Of a stretch of DNA of 64,000 nt, positions 1 to 9,868 are shown piece by piece (the first letter of the stretch is position 1; every line of letters starts with the position of its first letter). The stretch comes from Candidatus Parcubacteria bacterium (lineage in GTDB: Bacteria > Patescibacteriota > Minisyncoccia > Phycocordibacterales > CAIJYI01): the NCBI GenBank assembly GCA_026395595.1, contig JAPLYL010000002.1, forward strand, positions 122,111 to 186,110, read 5' to 3'. The notes below the pieces were generated by a model. That model had not been told where the DNA came from. It saw only the letters and a program-made list of their open reading frames with translations, and did no database searches. Position numbers and translations under genes: made by a program.

Positions 1-90
1 ATAAAAAAAATATTTTTATCAAGAACAGCCACCATTCTTTTTTCTTTTTTTATAGGTTTAAGTATTATTGTTGGGTCTTTTATCTATAAA

Positions 91-435
91 GTGAATAGAG
101 TGAACGGGTATTGCACGACAGATAGCGGCAGATACTGTTTTGCCGGTAAGATAAAAAAAATTAAAGTTTGTTGTAACGGTCTTAAAATTGAAGTTGATAA
201 GCCTCTTGACGGCACTTTTATGTTTACATCAAGTTCAAAGTTATACATGTGGTGGAATCTCTCTCAGGGTCAATGTGTTATGGGAGATGCTGATCCGGGT
301 GGAACTTGCATCCTTATAGAATCATACTGTGAAGAAGAGGAGGAAGTAGATGGTACCATAAGAATGATAGGAACGACGCTTAAGGGCCCGGCAAAAGGAA
401 CCTGTACTAATAAAACAGGCGGAGTTGGCGCCTAG
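91..435 (+). CDS. hypothetical small Cys-rich protein
   Basis: ATG-initiated 114-aa ORF with several Cys and an acidic EEEEE stretch; I recognise no family. Confidence 0.3.
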   Translation: MNRVNGYCTTDSGRYCFAGKIKKIKVCCNGLKIEVDKPLDGTFMFTSSSKLYMWWNLSQGQCVMGDADPGGTCILIESYCEEEEEVDGTIRMIGTTLKGPAKGTCTNKTGGVGA

Positions 436-489
436 TTTGAAAAAAATAAAACAATTCAACAAAAGAAGCAGATTAACCTGCTTCTTTTA

Positions 490-1293
490 TTAAACTTCGC
501 AAAGTTTTTTCCAATTTTCCAAAAGCATATCTTCCGCCCTGATATTTTCAGGGATTCCAAAGCCTTTCATTCTTTCTTTCAGTTCTGTTTCTTTAAAAAT
601 CGCTTTTAAGTTACCGAAAAGTTGTTTTCTTTTATGCGCGAACCCGGCATGGAGGATTTTAAAAAAGCGTTCCTCTGAAATTCCTTTGAAAAAATCGTGC
701 GAAATGGAATCTATAAGTAATATCGCTGAATCAACCTTTGGTGCTGGCGTAAAACTCCCCGCTTTAACAGTTTTTATATAGGTTGGCGTTCCGTAAGCTT
801 TCACGCTTATGGAGAGAAGGCTTTCCTTTCCGTTTTGTGCGATAATCCTTTCCGCTACTTCTTTTTGTACTAAAAGCACCATTTTTTCAGGCTGTTTTTC
901 TGAAGTAAGGAATTTCCGTATGATAAGTCCCGTGATGTAATACGGGATATTGGCAATAAGTTTATAGGGTTCTTTTGGTGAAAAATTGAAATTCAGTATA
1001 TCCTCATAGATAAGGGAAAGTTGGCTTTTTTCCATTCTATCCCTGAATTTTTCTTGAAGAAGCGGTATAAGTTCCGCGTCTTTTTCAATAGCAATAACTC
1101 GCGCTCCTCTTTTTAATAATTCTTCTGTCAAAATCCCCCTCCCTGGCCCTATTTCAAGAATAGTATCACCAGAAGAAACCAACCCAGCGTCAACAATAGA
1201 GGAGACGATACCTGTGTTGGTAAGAAAGTTTTGACCAAGAGATTTTTTAGCGAAAATCATTGTTAAATTGTTAGATGGTTTATAAAATTCCAA
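490..1293 (-). CDS. rsmA: 16S rRNA (adenine1518/1519-N6)-dimethyltransferase RsmA/KsgA
   Basis: N-terminal KKSLGQNFL motif and a SAM-binding LEIGPGRGILT motif; the real start is probably the internal MIFAKK (~1260). Confidence 0.85.
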   Translation of the reverse strand: MEFYKPSNNLTMIFAKKSLGQNFLTNTGIVSSIVDAGLVSSGDTILEIGPGRGILTEELLKRGARVIAIEKDAELIPLLQEKFRDRMEKSQLSLIYEDILNFNFSPKEPYKLIANIPYYITGLIIRKFLTSEKQPEKMVLLVQKEVAERIIAQNGKESLLSISVKAYGTPTYIKTVKAGSFTPAPKVDSAILLIDSISHDFFKGISEERFFKILHAGFAHKRKQLFGNLKAIFKETELKERMKGFGIPENIRAEDMLLENWKKLCEV

Positions 1294-1347
1294 ATATCCA
1301 ATTTCAAATTTCCAACAAAAACAAAAATGTCAGAATGTTTAAAAACA

Positions 1348-1719
1348 CTACTTTGTGTTAATTTTTGACTTTTTTATTATTGACCTGAAAATAAGTTGGA
1401 GTTCATTAGATTCCTTCCAAAGTATTTTTGCTTCTTTTATGAGATTTGGTTCTGCTTTTGATATCATTCTTAACCAGTGTTTCGTTTCCTTTGCTTCTTT
1501 ATTGCAAATTCCAAGCTTGTGCTCAAAATCTTTTCTTGACTCTGCACAATCAGCTTCGCAGTAATTTGCACCTACACTTGTTCCAGACCTTACTATTTGC
1601 GAAATTAAAGGTCTTGTTATTTCGTTTTTTGGAATTTTTTTACAAAAAACAATCATATTCTCACCAAAACGAGCCGTTCTTTCTTCTAAATCAAAAACCT
1701 TTTTTATTTCTTTCGTCAT
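1348..1719 (-). CDS. four-helix-bundle protein (23S rRNA intervening-sequence protein family)
   Basis: 123 aa with the GTSVGANYCEA and KEAKETKHWL signature typical of the TIGR02436-like family. Confidence 0.65.
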   Translation of the reverse strand: MTKEIKKVFDLEERTARFGENMIVFCKKIPKNEITRPLISQIVRSGTSVGANYCEADCAESRKDFEHKLGICNKEAKETKHWLRMISKAEPNLIKEAKILWKESNELQLIFRSIIKKSKINTK

Positions 1720-1763
1720 TTTGATTTTTATTGGAAATTAGAAATTTGATATTTGAAATTCTT

Positions 1764-3707
1764 TTATAAATATACTATTTTTCCTACCCCAAATTCCCCT
1801 GTCTTTCCTTCTTCTATTTCAACCAATTCCTCCGGTATATCGCTCAAAAATTCTGACGGAACCGTCATATTTCTTGAACCAAAGATTGTTCGTACTGAGG
1901 CATAAGAGAGAAAAAGACGTTTTTTGGCTCTGGTAATAGCCACATAAAAGAGTCGTCGTTCTTCTTCTTTGTGTTCTTGCGATACCCCTGATTCCCCAAA
2001 ACTTCGGTGCGGGAAAAGCCCGTCTTCAAGTCCGGTGATAAAAACCGTTTCAAATTCCAAACCTTTTGCCGCATGTACCGTCATCAAACGAACTCGTACC
2101 CCGTCGCTTTTATGCATAAGCGAATCCTGATCGCTGGCAAGGGCCGCATCTTCCAGAAGTTTTTGTATCCCATCCTCTATAGGGAGCATATCATATTTTG
2201 TTGCAAGGGTAACGAGTTCGTAAAGGTTTTCTATCCTTTCTTGCTCTTCTTCTCCTCCTAAAGACAGCCCGTTTTCCATTCCCATTTCTTTGAGGATATA
2301 TTTTATCGTATCGCTCGGTTTGTTTTTTAGAGCTGTCTCTTTTATTCTTCCGAGAAGCGCTTTAAATTCATATACTTTCTTTTTTGTTGAAGCCGGAAGA
2401 GATTCTGTTTCTCCTGCAAGTATTTTTTTGAGCGTTACTTCCCCTATTCCCCTTGGCGGAACGTTTATAATACGCTTCATATCTATTGCGCCGTCAGGAT
2501 TGAGAGATGCGCGGAGAAAAGAAAGAACATCTTTTACTTCTTTTCTCTCAAAGAATTTTACTCCGAGCACCTGATAAGGAATATCTGCGGAAAGCATAGC
2601 CTCTTCAATCGCGCGTGATTGATAGTTTGCGCGGAAAAGTATCGCTATATCCTGATAAGAAACTCCTTTTTTGGAGAGCTCTTGTATTTTTTCCGCAATA
2701 AAAGAGGCTTCGTTGTTTTCATCGTAGGCTTCGTATATGGATATTTTTTCTCCGCCGGAGCTTTTAGTAAAAAGATTTTTTGGAACGCGTATTTTGTTTT
2801 TTTGAATCACATTATTTGCCGCCGAAAGGATGTTTTGTGTTGATCGGTAGTTTTCTTCCAAGAGTACGACTTTTGCTCCCGGATAATCTTTTTCAAAATG
2901 AAGAATGTTTTTTATATTTGCGCCTCGCCACGAGTATATATTTTGGTCTGCATCCCCCACGACGCAGATGTTGCGTTCTTTTCCGGAAAGAAGCCGTGAA
3001 AGCTCGTATTGTACGGTGTTTGTGTCTTGATATTCATCAATGTGAATATATTGCCAGATGTTTTGATATTTCTCACGGACGGCTTGATTATCACGCAAAA
3101 GCATAAGTGTTTTGAGAAGCAGGTCGTCAAAGTCAAAAGCGCCTTCTTTTCTGGCCTTTTTTTCATAATCCAGCCAAATTTCAGCCACGATGCGCGGGAA
3201 GTATCCGGTATTGGATATTGGATAAAAGGCTTCCGCTGTCATACATTGTCCCTTCTGCTTTGAGATAATGCTTTGGATTTTTTTCGGATCAAATTGTTTC
3301 GGGTCCAAACTTTTCGCCTTAACGGAATCTTTAATGAAATTACGCGAGTCTGTTTGGTCTAAAACCGTAAAATGACGCGGAATTCCCAGTATTTCGTGTT
3401 CGTTACGGAGAATATGAATTCCAAGAGAATGAAAGGTTCCAATAAAAGGAACTTTTTGATAATCGGCATTTTGATCATTCTGAAGAAGCGAATGAATCCG
3501 TTCTTTCATTTCTTGAGCCGCTTTGTTGGTAAAGGTTACGGCGAGAATTTGATTTCCGGGAACACCCCCTTGTATTAAATGAAGAATCCTATGGGTAAGT
3601 GTTTTTGTCTTTCCGGCTCCGGCTCCGGCGATAATCAAAAGAGGTCCATTTTTATGAAGAACCGCTTCTTTTTGCGGTTCATTGAGTCCTAAAGTGTAAT
3701 CTTGCAT
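1764..3707 (-). CDS. ATP-dependent DNA helicase, UvrD/PcrA/Rep family
   Basis: Walker A GAGAGKTKTLTHRI, followed by AVTFTNKAAQEMKERI and the rest of the SF1 helicase motif order; 647 aa. Confidence 0.9.
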   Translation of the reverse strand: MQDYTLGLNEPQKEAVLHKNGPLLIIAGAGAGKTKTLTHRILHLIQGGVPGNQILAVTFTNKAAQEMKERIHSLLQNDQNADYQKVPFIGTFHSLGIHILRNEHEILGIPRHFTVLDQTDSRNFIKDSVKAKSLDPKQFDPKKIQSIISKQKGQCMTAEAFYPISNTGYFPRIVAEIWLDYEKKARKEGAFDFDDLLLKTLMLLRDNQAVREKYQNIWQYIHIDEYQDTNTVQYELSRLLSGKERNICVVGDADQNIYSWRGANIKNILHFEKDYPGAKVVLLEENYRSTQNILSAANNVIQKNKIRVPKNLFTKSSGGEKISIYEAYDENNEASFIAEKIQELSKKGVSYQDIAILFRANYQSRAIEEAMLSADIPYQVLGVKFFERKEVKDVLSFLRASLNPDGAIDMKRIINVPPRGIGEVTLKKILAGETESLPASTKKKVYEFKALLGRIKETALKNKPSDTIKYILKEMGMENGLSLGGEEEQERIENLYELVTLATKYDMLPIEDGIQKLLEDAALASDQDSLMHKSDGVRVRLMTVHAAKGLEFETVFITGLEDGLFPHRSFGESGVSQEHKEEERRLFYVAITRAKKRLFLSYASVRTIFGSRNMTVPSEFLSDIPEELVEIEEGKTGEFGVGKIVYL

Positions 3708-3746
3708 CGCATTATCATATCATAAAGAGTTGATAAATTAAAAAAT

Positions 3747-3777
3747 ACCAATCTTTTTTGAGACTGGTATTTTTTTT
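3747..3777. terminator. rho-independent terminator hairpin
   Basis: AATACCAATC...GACTGGTATT stem flanked by T/A runs, lying between two convergent or serial minus-strand genes. Confidence 0.5.
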
Positions 3778-3788
3778 GGAATGTTCTA

Positions 3789-5003
3789 TCACCCCTTCCC
3801 TCTCTCAAGTATTCGGTATGCGGTGGTATTTCTGTTAAAAAGCGGTTCTAACTTTAATGTTTCACCTTTATTTATATGATCGGCATCTTTCAATACACCC
3901 ATTTTTTGAATTTGTTCTTTGGAAGATCGTTTTATTGCATCATTCAAACCGTCTAAAACAAAATTTTGTTCGCGGGCGGTAATCTTATTGAAAAACGCAT
4001 TTTTTCCGAGGCGAAACTTGAGGATACTGCTTAATGTCCCGTCATTTTCCACTTCGTAAGGTTCCGTTAATTTCTTCATGGAATCTTCAAAAGTTTCTTT
4101 TTTGGGTTCAACTGCTTCAGAAGGAGGGGTTGGTTTTTGGGGGATAGAGACCGACAATGGTTTTTCTGGTATTTTTTCAGGGGATTTTGGTTTTGTCGGA
4201 ATATCTTTTGGTATGTTAAGTTTTGAAAGAATCAAATCAGAAATGGTTTTATCTGTTTCTTTTCTCGGTATATTGGATATTTTGATTTGTACAGGAACTA
4301 TCTTTTTAGGAAGAACAGCTGGTGCATCTTTGTGTAAGATGATCATTTTTTCTAGCTGTTTTTTTATTTCTGCCTCTTTTTTCAGGTCTTTTTCTTCTTT
4401 CTCTTTTTGTGTTTGTTCTGGTATTTGAAGATGGGGTGTTTCTTCTTGGTTATTTTTTTCGGTTTCTGTCGAGGAAGGCAAAGCCTTTTCTGAGATAAAA
4501 GAATGTTCTTTTGTTTCTTCTGGAAGAGGGTATCCTAGTCGTCGTTTAAACTTTTCTATTACTGCGTTTGGCGTATCTGTCGGGAGAATAGCAACCCCGA
4601 GTGATTCTGCCACCTTTTTTGTGTGGTTGGAAATAAACATCAGCACGCCTCTTTCCGCTGAATGGATAATGTCTACTGCTTCTTGCTCTGATTCTGTTTG
4701 TTCTGGAGCTTTGTTTGTTTCCAGTTCTTCTTCTGTTTCTGTTTGTTTGAACGCTATTTTTTCATGGAGATTTTTGAGTTTTGCCAGTATTTCTCCTTCA
4801 GTGAATGTTCCTTGGATTATTTCCGCCGCTTCTTTGGCCAATGCTTCATTTTTTTCTATTTCTTCTGTATCTTCCGTTTGCTTTTGCTTTTCATTTAAAA
4901 GGTTTTGAATATCTTCTATTTCTTTATTTATTTCCACAACAACATCACCCTCGTTGTTCTCAAAGGGTATCACCGGTGTTTGTATGTCGTTGTTTTTTTC
5001 CAT
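3789..5003 (-). CDS. hypothetical protein, E/K-rich low-complexity N-terminus
   Basis: 404-aa ORF with a charged low-complexity N-terminal half and a more ordinary C-terminal domain; it runs in series with the next two ORFs on the same strand. Confidence 0.5.
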   Translation of the reverse strand: MEKNNDIQTPVIPFENNEGDVVVEINKEIEDIQNLLNEKQKQTEDTEEIEKNEALAKEAAEIIQGTFTEGEILAKLKNLHEKIAFKQTETEEELETNKAPEQTESEQEAVDIIHSAERGVLMFISNHTKKVAESLGVAILPTDTPNAVIEKFKRRLGYPLPEETKEHSFISEKALPSSTETEKNNQEETPHLQIPEQTQKEKEEKDLKKEAEIKKQLEKMIILHKDAPAVLPKKIVPVQIKISNIPRKETDKTISDLILSKLNIPKDIPTKPKSPEKIPEKPLSVSIPQKPTPPSEAVEPKKETFEDSMKKLTEPYEVENDGTLSSILKFRLGKNAFFNKITAREQNFVLDGLNDAIKRSSKEQIQKMGVLKDADHINKGETLKLEPLFNRNTTAYRILERGKG

Positions 5004-5042
5004 TTTTCTTTTTTTAGCCTCCTTTTTGATGATAAAAAGTTC

Positions 5043-5393
5043 TTACGGAAGACCTCTTAAATTTTTAGGAACATCATCTTCTTCGGGAAAGTCTGAAGAT
5101 TCGTGGTTAGGAAGTATGGTGACGCCATTTTTATCTTCTTTTTGAATATATTCTTTTTCCACTGTTTTTTTGTCTGTATCGTCTAAAGATTTCAGTGTCT
5201 CTGGTTCTTTTTCAGGTTCCTCTATCTCTATCCCCTTATCCGCGGAAGAAAATTCAGATTGCAGGGAGGTACGATCTTTGCATGAAGGGTCATCGCATTC
5301 TGTTTTTTGCGCTTTTTCAAAAACTATGCCATGTAATAAGTTTTCAGCATCCTCTTTTGAATTTTGTTCTTTTGTTTTTAAAGATAGGTTCAT
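5043..5393 (-). CDS. hypothetical acidic protein
   Basis: 116-aa ORF packed tightly between the neighbouring same-strand ORFs. Confidence 0.35.
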   Translation of the reverse strand: MNLSLKTKEQNSKEDAENLLHGIVFEKAQKTECDDPSCKDRTSLQSEFSSADKGIEIEEPEKEPETLKSLDDTDKKTVEKEYIQKEDKNGVTILPNHESSDFPEEDDVPKNLRGLP

Positions 5394-5404
5394 ACAAGTA
5401 CAAG

Positions 5405-6337
5405 CTATTCTTTTTTTGCTTCATTTTTCCTTATTGTCGGATATATTCTTTGTATAAAAGAGGAAATGGTCTCGTCTTTTTCCGGTTCAATTTCTTCGGA
5501 TAGATTTTTTGTTGCTATTTTTCTTTGTTTTTTTATTTTTGTGATATAATCGCGAAGCCTTCTTTTCCATATATCATTTGTGTTTGGAATACCACCTTTG
5601 TCTCCTTCTTCTGATATTATATCGGTTGCTAACAGTTTTTCCATTGTTTCTCTTGTTCCTGCTGGGGCATTTTCAAAAATACTTCTCATTTGTCCTTCAA
5701 TAATTTTCTTTTGAAAGGTTTCCTCCATGGTATTAGCGGATGAAACAACAGTTGTCTGCTTCTGAATTAAGGTTTGAGGAGAAAATGTTTCTTTTTTGGA
5801 TATGAAACGAGGAAGTACTATCGTTTTTGTGTGAATTTCTATTGGAGTATCGAAACTTTTTATCGGCTCAGTATGTTCTTCAGTAAGAACTTGATTGGGA
5901 AAAACACTTTCGATTTCTGTGGTCATCGGTTTTTTAGGGATAGTAACGGTATTTTTTTCAGAAATCTTTATTTCTTTGGGGATATTTCCTCCCGGATATT
6001 CCCCGAGAAGAAGGGCTTTATCCCATTCGTCCATTTCTTGCGGAACCTCTATTTTTTTGGAAACATTCGTGTCTTTTTTTTGAGCAAACTCTACAAAAGC
6101 AGAGCTGTTCGCTTCAAAATGGTCCCGTACATGAGAAGGAAGCGTTTTTTTGCCCAAAGGAAAGTCACCCTCTCTTCTTATGGCTTCATTTTGTTTATCG
6201 AGAAGCATTGACGGAAGAAAATTGCCACGGTGAGGCGCAAGAGAATTTTCTTCTACTTTTATGATGTCATGTGTTTTTGGTACAGATTGGGGGTCGGCTT
6301 GCGGGACATTTTGTTTTGTTGATGTGGTGTCTTGCAC
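5405..6337 (-). CDS. hypothetical protein
   Basis: 310-aa ORF with no motif I recognise. Confidence 0.45.
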   Translation of the reverse strand: MQDTTSTKQNVPQADPQSVPKTHDIIKVEENSLAPHRGNFLPSMLLDKQNEAIRREGDFPLGKKTLPSHVRDHFEANSSAFVEFAQKKDTNVSKKIEVPQEMDEWDKALLLGEYPGGNIPKEIKISEKNTVTIPKKPMTTEIESVFPNQVLTEEHTEPIKSFDTPIEIHTKTIVLPRFISKKETFSPQTLIQKQTTVVSSANTMEETFQKKIIEGQMRSIFENAPAGTRETMEKLLATDIISEEGDKGGIPNTNDIWKRRLRDYITKIKKQRKIATKNLSEEIEPEKDETISSFIQRIYPTIRKNEAKKE

Positions 6338-6489
6338 AGAGATAATTTTTTAGACTCAATTATTCTTATTCAAAATAATTGAGTATCCTACATTATTCAT
6401 TTTACCCCCAACCCTTGCGAATGACAATGAAATAAGTGTTGAAAAGATTTTAGGGGTATCAATAATAAAAGAATCGCTCTTTTTCCGCC

Positions 6490-6519
6490 GTTGACTTATC
6501 CGGCATTGTTTCCTATACT
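6490..6519 (+). promoter_or_regulatory. candidate sigma70-type promoter (TTGACT-18-TATACT)
   Basis: TTGACT at 6490-6495 and TATACT at 6514-6519, ~220 nt upstream of the LysM/M23 gene. Confidence 0.4.
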
Positions 6520-6739
6520 ATTAATGTGGAAGTAAGGAAGCAAAAGAACAATATAAGGCATTAAATGAGCCTTATTCTCAGACAAACACCGAAACGATTA
6601 ATCTATTTGGCTTATTGCTACTCTCAAACAAGACCCCGACCCTGTTTCAACAGGTTCCTCACAGGAAGTAAAGAATCGGGCGATATATAGCGGTATTTCG
6701 GCTTTTTGCCGAAAAGGGCGCCTGTCTGGTGTTTTTGTC

Positions 6740-7756
6740 GTGTTTGTTATGACTTTTTTCCCGACTTCTTTTGCTTATGCCGGTGTTTTTACTGATTTTA
6801 CTGATTTTTTCGGAAACATACTTCAGCCGGTAAATGCAGACCAGAAAACAGTCAATAGTATTCACAAAAACTCTCAAATAGGAGCCGCTTTGGAAGCGCC
6901 CCTTAATCATGATCTTAATCAGTCTTCTAATGAAGAAATCCCTGTAGAAGTGGATGGTTCTGCTGTTTCCGCTAATCTTTCCGTTACACCCATTACTGTT
7001 AATGATAAGAACACCAATAACACAAATGACCAGATTAGCGTATATGTCGTCCACGAAGGAGACACTTTGTCTCAAATCGCCAAAATGTTTGATGTAAGCC
7101 CGAATACTATCCTTTGGGCGAACGATATTCCCCGAAAAAGTTCTCTCAAAGTGGGGCAAAAACTTGTTATTCTCCCTGTATCCGGTATTCAATATACTGT
7201 TAAAAAAGGAGACACGATAAACAAAATAGCAAAAGCTTTCTCTGCTGATGCTGGCGAAATACGTGATTTTAATGATATACAAGACAGTTCCCTTTCTATT
7301 GGAGACATTATTATCATTCCAAATGGAATGGAAACACCTGCGCCGGTAACAGCTCCGAAAACCATTAAAAAAATACTTACCAATATTTTTTCTCCTGAAC
7401 CAAACATTGAAACAGACGGATATTTTATTCGTCCCGCAAAGGGTGTGAAAACACAAGGAATACATGGACATAATGGTGTTGACTTTAGTGCTCGGTCTGG
7501 CGTTTCCGTTGTCGCGGCCGCTGAAGGCAAAGTACTTATCAGTCTCAGTTCTGGTTATAATGGCGGATATGGAAGCTATATCGTTATCAATCATCCGAAT
7601 GGAACTCAGACACTTTATGGACATTTAAGCGCTAACTTTGTTTCTGCCGGCGATTATGTTTCTCAAGGTCAGCTTATCGGAAACATCGGAAACACAGGAA
7701 AATCAACCGGGCCGCATCTCCATTTTGAAATTCACGGAGCAAAAAATCCATTTTAA
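6740..7756 (+). CDS. LysM-domain peptidoglycan DD-metalloendopeptidase (M23 family)
   Basis: N-terminal hydrophobic signal; two LysM repeats (GDTLSQIAKMF, GDTINKIAKAF); M23 motifs HNGVDF and GNTGKSTGPHLHFEIH. Confidence 0.85.
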   Translation: MFVMTFFPTSFAYAGVFTDFTDFFGNILQPVNADQKTVNSIHKNSQIGAALEAPLNHDLNQSSNEEIPVEVDGSAVSANLSVTPITVNDKNTNNTNDQISVYVVHEGDTLSQIAKMFDVSPNTILWANDIPRKSSLKVGQKLVILPVSGIQYTVKKGDTINKIAKAFSADAGEIRDFNDIQDSSLSIGDIIIIPNGMETPAPVTAPKTIKKILTNIFSPEPNIETDGYFIRPAKGVKTQGIHGHNGVDFSARSGVSVVAAAEGKVLISLSSGYNGGYGSYIVINHPNGTQTLYGHLSANFVSAGDYVSQGQLIGNIGNTGKSTGPHLHFEIHGAKNPF

Positions 7757-7758
7757 AA

Positions 7759-7786
7759 AACCGCTTCAAACGAAGCGGTTTTTTAT
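7759..7786 (+). terminator. rho-independent terminator
   Basis: AACCGCTTC-AAA-CGAAGCGGTT hairpin followed by TTTTT, immediately after the M23 gene stop. Confidence 0.75.
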
Positions 7787-8073
7787 GAGATGGTTTGTTC
7801 TCTTTCTTTCATATTCTTTCTGTTTTTAGTGAAAGACATAATCATAAAAATCGTGGAACCCGGCGTGATGGGGAGCATCTCCAATAATCCGTTTACTCCG
7901 GTCATAACCGCTGTTCCTCTCATATCGTATTGCGCAAGCCAAAAAGTAGTCTTCATAAAGGCAATAAAAATCGCCCCGATAAAAGGCAGGAGAATCCCCG
8001 CAGTATCCACTATAATGGCGCAAACCATCCCGCCGGCAAAAGCCACTCCCGACATTTTTTGATTCCCTTCCAT
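7783..8073 (-). CDS. hypothetical small membrane protein
   Basis: 96 aa with two hydrophobic segments; its extent overlaps the terminator, so I hold this call weakly. Confidence 0.3.
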   Translation of the reverse strand: MEGNQKMSGVAFAGGMVCAIIVDTAGILLPFIGAIFIAFMKTTFWLAQYDMRGTAVMTGVNGLLEMLPITPGSTIFMIMSFTKNRKNMKEREQTIS

Positions 8074-8208
8074 AGGATTTTATTATACAACAAAAGATGG
8101 TAACTCCTCACTTTTTATGTGAATATCAGAATCCGTTTCTCTCTATTCTTCAATACTTTTAATTATGTTTTTCTTGGATACTTTTATTATATGCGAGTTG
8201 TTATACGC

Positions 8209-8421
8209 CACGGTAAGTATTATCCTCTTTTCTTTCAATCGCGACTAATCTAATATCATTATCTTTTTTTGTAAAAATGATTCGCAAATCCCCTATGCGT
8301 ACCCGATAAAAATCTTTTTGTCCTTTCAGTTTTTTTATGCAAGAATTTTTTCCACACAAACCATTACTCGAGCACGTTCATTGGTTTGTAAAATTCGCAG
8401 AATTTTATCAATTCGTTCCAT
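8209..8421 (-). pseudogene. RelE/ParE-family toxin, frameshifted
   Basis: Minus-strand reading gives MERIDKILRILQTNERARVMVCVEKILA*, then in another frame ...KDFYRVRIGDLRIIFTKKDNDIRLVAIERKEDNTYRGV*, which is a RelE/ParE C-terminal signature; the frame break sits at T/A homopolymers around 8331-8350. Confidence 0.5.
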
Positions 8422-8614
8422 GAAGTTTTTTTAATGAGAGAAGCACATCTTTTGCTGATACCCCATTCGGATCTATGGTTGTAAAATCAGCAACTGTTTC
8501 CCATAAACTTTCATCTTCTGCGACTCCGATCGGCGATATTTCGAATATAGGTTGTGAACGACGAGCGACCGTAAAAGAAGCTCCTTTTTTCACTCGAAAA
8601 ATATATTCCTCCAT
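8408..8614 (-). CDS. putative antitoxin (by position upstream of the RelE-like remnant)
   Basis: 68-aa ORF whose stop overlaps the start of the RelE-like reading frame by 12 nt (ATG at 8421); I assign no family. Confidence 0.35.
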   Translation of the reverse strand: MEEYIFRVKKGASFTVARRSQPIFEISPIGVAEDESLWETVADFTTIDPNGVSAKDVLLSLKKLHGTN

Positions 8615-8719
8615 GTTTTCACGAAGTTCTTTAAGTCCGATTATTTACGGTCGTTTTAATTTGAGTGTTTTCATGCAGTAAGTTTATTTTAAGATAAACT
8701 TTGTGTCAAACTACGCTGA

Positions 8720-9358
8720 TCAGTTCTTCTTCTCCCTATACCCCAACGCTTCAGCAAGATGTTTTTCCTGAATATCTTCACTTCCCGCAAGGTCGGCGAT
8801 GGTTCGTGCGAGTTTGATGATACGGTGATAAGCACGCGGTGAAAGCGATATTCTGGTCGCGGCGGAATTGAGGAGATTTTTCTCTTTTTCGCCAAGTGGT
8901 GCAAATTTTTCCAAATCTTTTGCGCTCATTTCGGAGTTGGTATTTATCTTTTTGTCGGCAAACCTTTTTTCTTGAATTTCTCTTGCTTTTAGTACTCTGT
9001 CGCGAATATCTTTAGAGGTTTCCATTCCTTCCGGCACTTTGTCAGAGAGTTTTTTGTAGTCGATTTCGGCGACTGGTAGGAAAATATCTATTCGATCCAT
9101 AATCGGACCAGAAAGTTTACGTTCATATTTGTAAATATCTCCTGCCGAACAAACGCACTCTTTTTTAGTACCTTTAAACCCGCACGGACACGGATTCATC
9201 GCGGCAACCAAAATGAAATTCGCTGGAAAAACTTCCGTCCCCTTCGCTCTTGAAATGCTCACAAATTTTTCTTCCAGCGGTTCGCGCAAGCTCTCTAAAA
9301 CTCGTTTTTCAAACTCAGGGAATTCGTCTAAGGTATATGTCCTACAAAAAACATTCAT
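8720..9358 (-). pseudogene. 3' fragment (C-terminal ~205 aa) of a comM/yifB paralogue
   Basis: The translation is ~90% identical to residues ~130-338 of the 9869..10885 ORF (DEFPEFEKRVLESLREPLEEKFVSISRAKGTEV...LAEALGYREKKN); nucleotide identity is ~85%; it has no N-terminal ATPase part. Confidence 0.7.
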
Positions 9359-9392
9359 TTATATTGTGGGACAACTATTTAGGTTTTTACCA

Positions 9393-9423
9393 TCAAAAAA
9401 ACACTCTTGATTTCTCAAGAGTG
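9393..9423 (-). terminator. rho-independent terminator (perfect 10-bp stem)
   Basis: ACACTCTTGA-TTTC-TCAAGAGTGT followed by a T7 run on the minus strand, downstream of the lipoprotein gene. Confidence 0.7.
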
Positions 9424-9493
9424 TTACGCTGTAATCAGTTTTCTTTATTTCGCGGACAAAGTTTCAGACAAAAACTTATCCCATTCCTTTATG

Positions 9494-9748
9494 TCAACTT
9501 TTTTCTGAGAAAAAAATCGAAATTTTTTCATTCACCTCTTTTTTCATGTTTTCACAAGTAATGGCGTATCCCTGTTGATTATTAGGAATATCTAATTTAT
9601 GGCAACCTTTTTCTCCGTTATGGTTTGTCCAGATGCTATATTCGATCCCGTCTAAATTAATAGAATGTTGATTGTATTCATTTCCATCAGAACAAGCACT
9701 TAATACAAAAATCAAAATTATCACTGGTAATAAAAATAACTTTTTCAT
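9494..9748 (-). CDS. small lipoprotein
   Basis: 84 aa with a signal peptide ending in the lipobox LSAC; it sits between the two comM 3' copies. Confidence 0.55.
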   Translation of the reverse strand: MKKLFLLPVIILIFVLSACSDGNEYNQHSINLDGIEYSIWTNHNGEKGCHKLDIPNNQQGYAITCENMKKEVNEKISIFFSEKS

Positions 9749-9868
9749 TTTTTACCTCTCAATTTTTTAAACAATGGGAAATAAAACTTCAACAAAAGCA
9801 CCAAAAAGTAATATACCCAACCCACATGCAAGTATATAGAATTCTTGATTTTGTGTCAATAGTGTGTT

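Noticed and set aside
1355-1724. Plus-strand ORFs 1355..1564 and 1446..1724
   Set aside because: They are antisense to the well-supported four-helix-bundle gene and have low-complexity F/L-rich translations typical of AT-rich antisense frames. The same reasoning covers the many antisense ORFs inside uvrD, pnp, hppA, nusA, ACS, gltX and others.
6520-6740. ydaO (c-di-AMP) riboswitch upstream of the M23 peptidase
   Set aside because: I could not recognise the conserved ydaO core by eye. It is kept only as a low-confidence leader observation.
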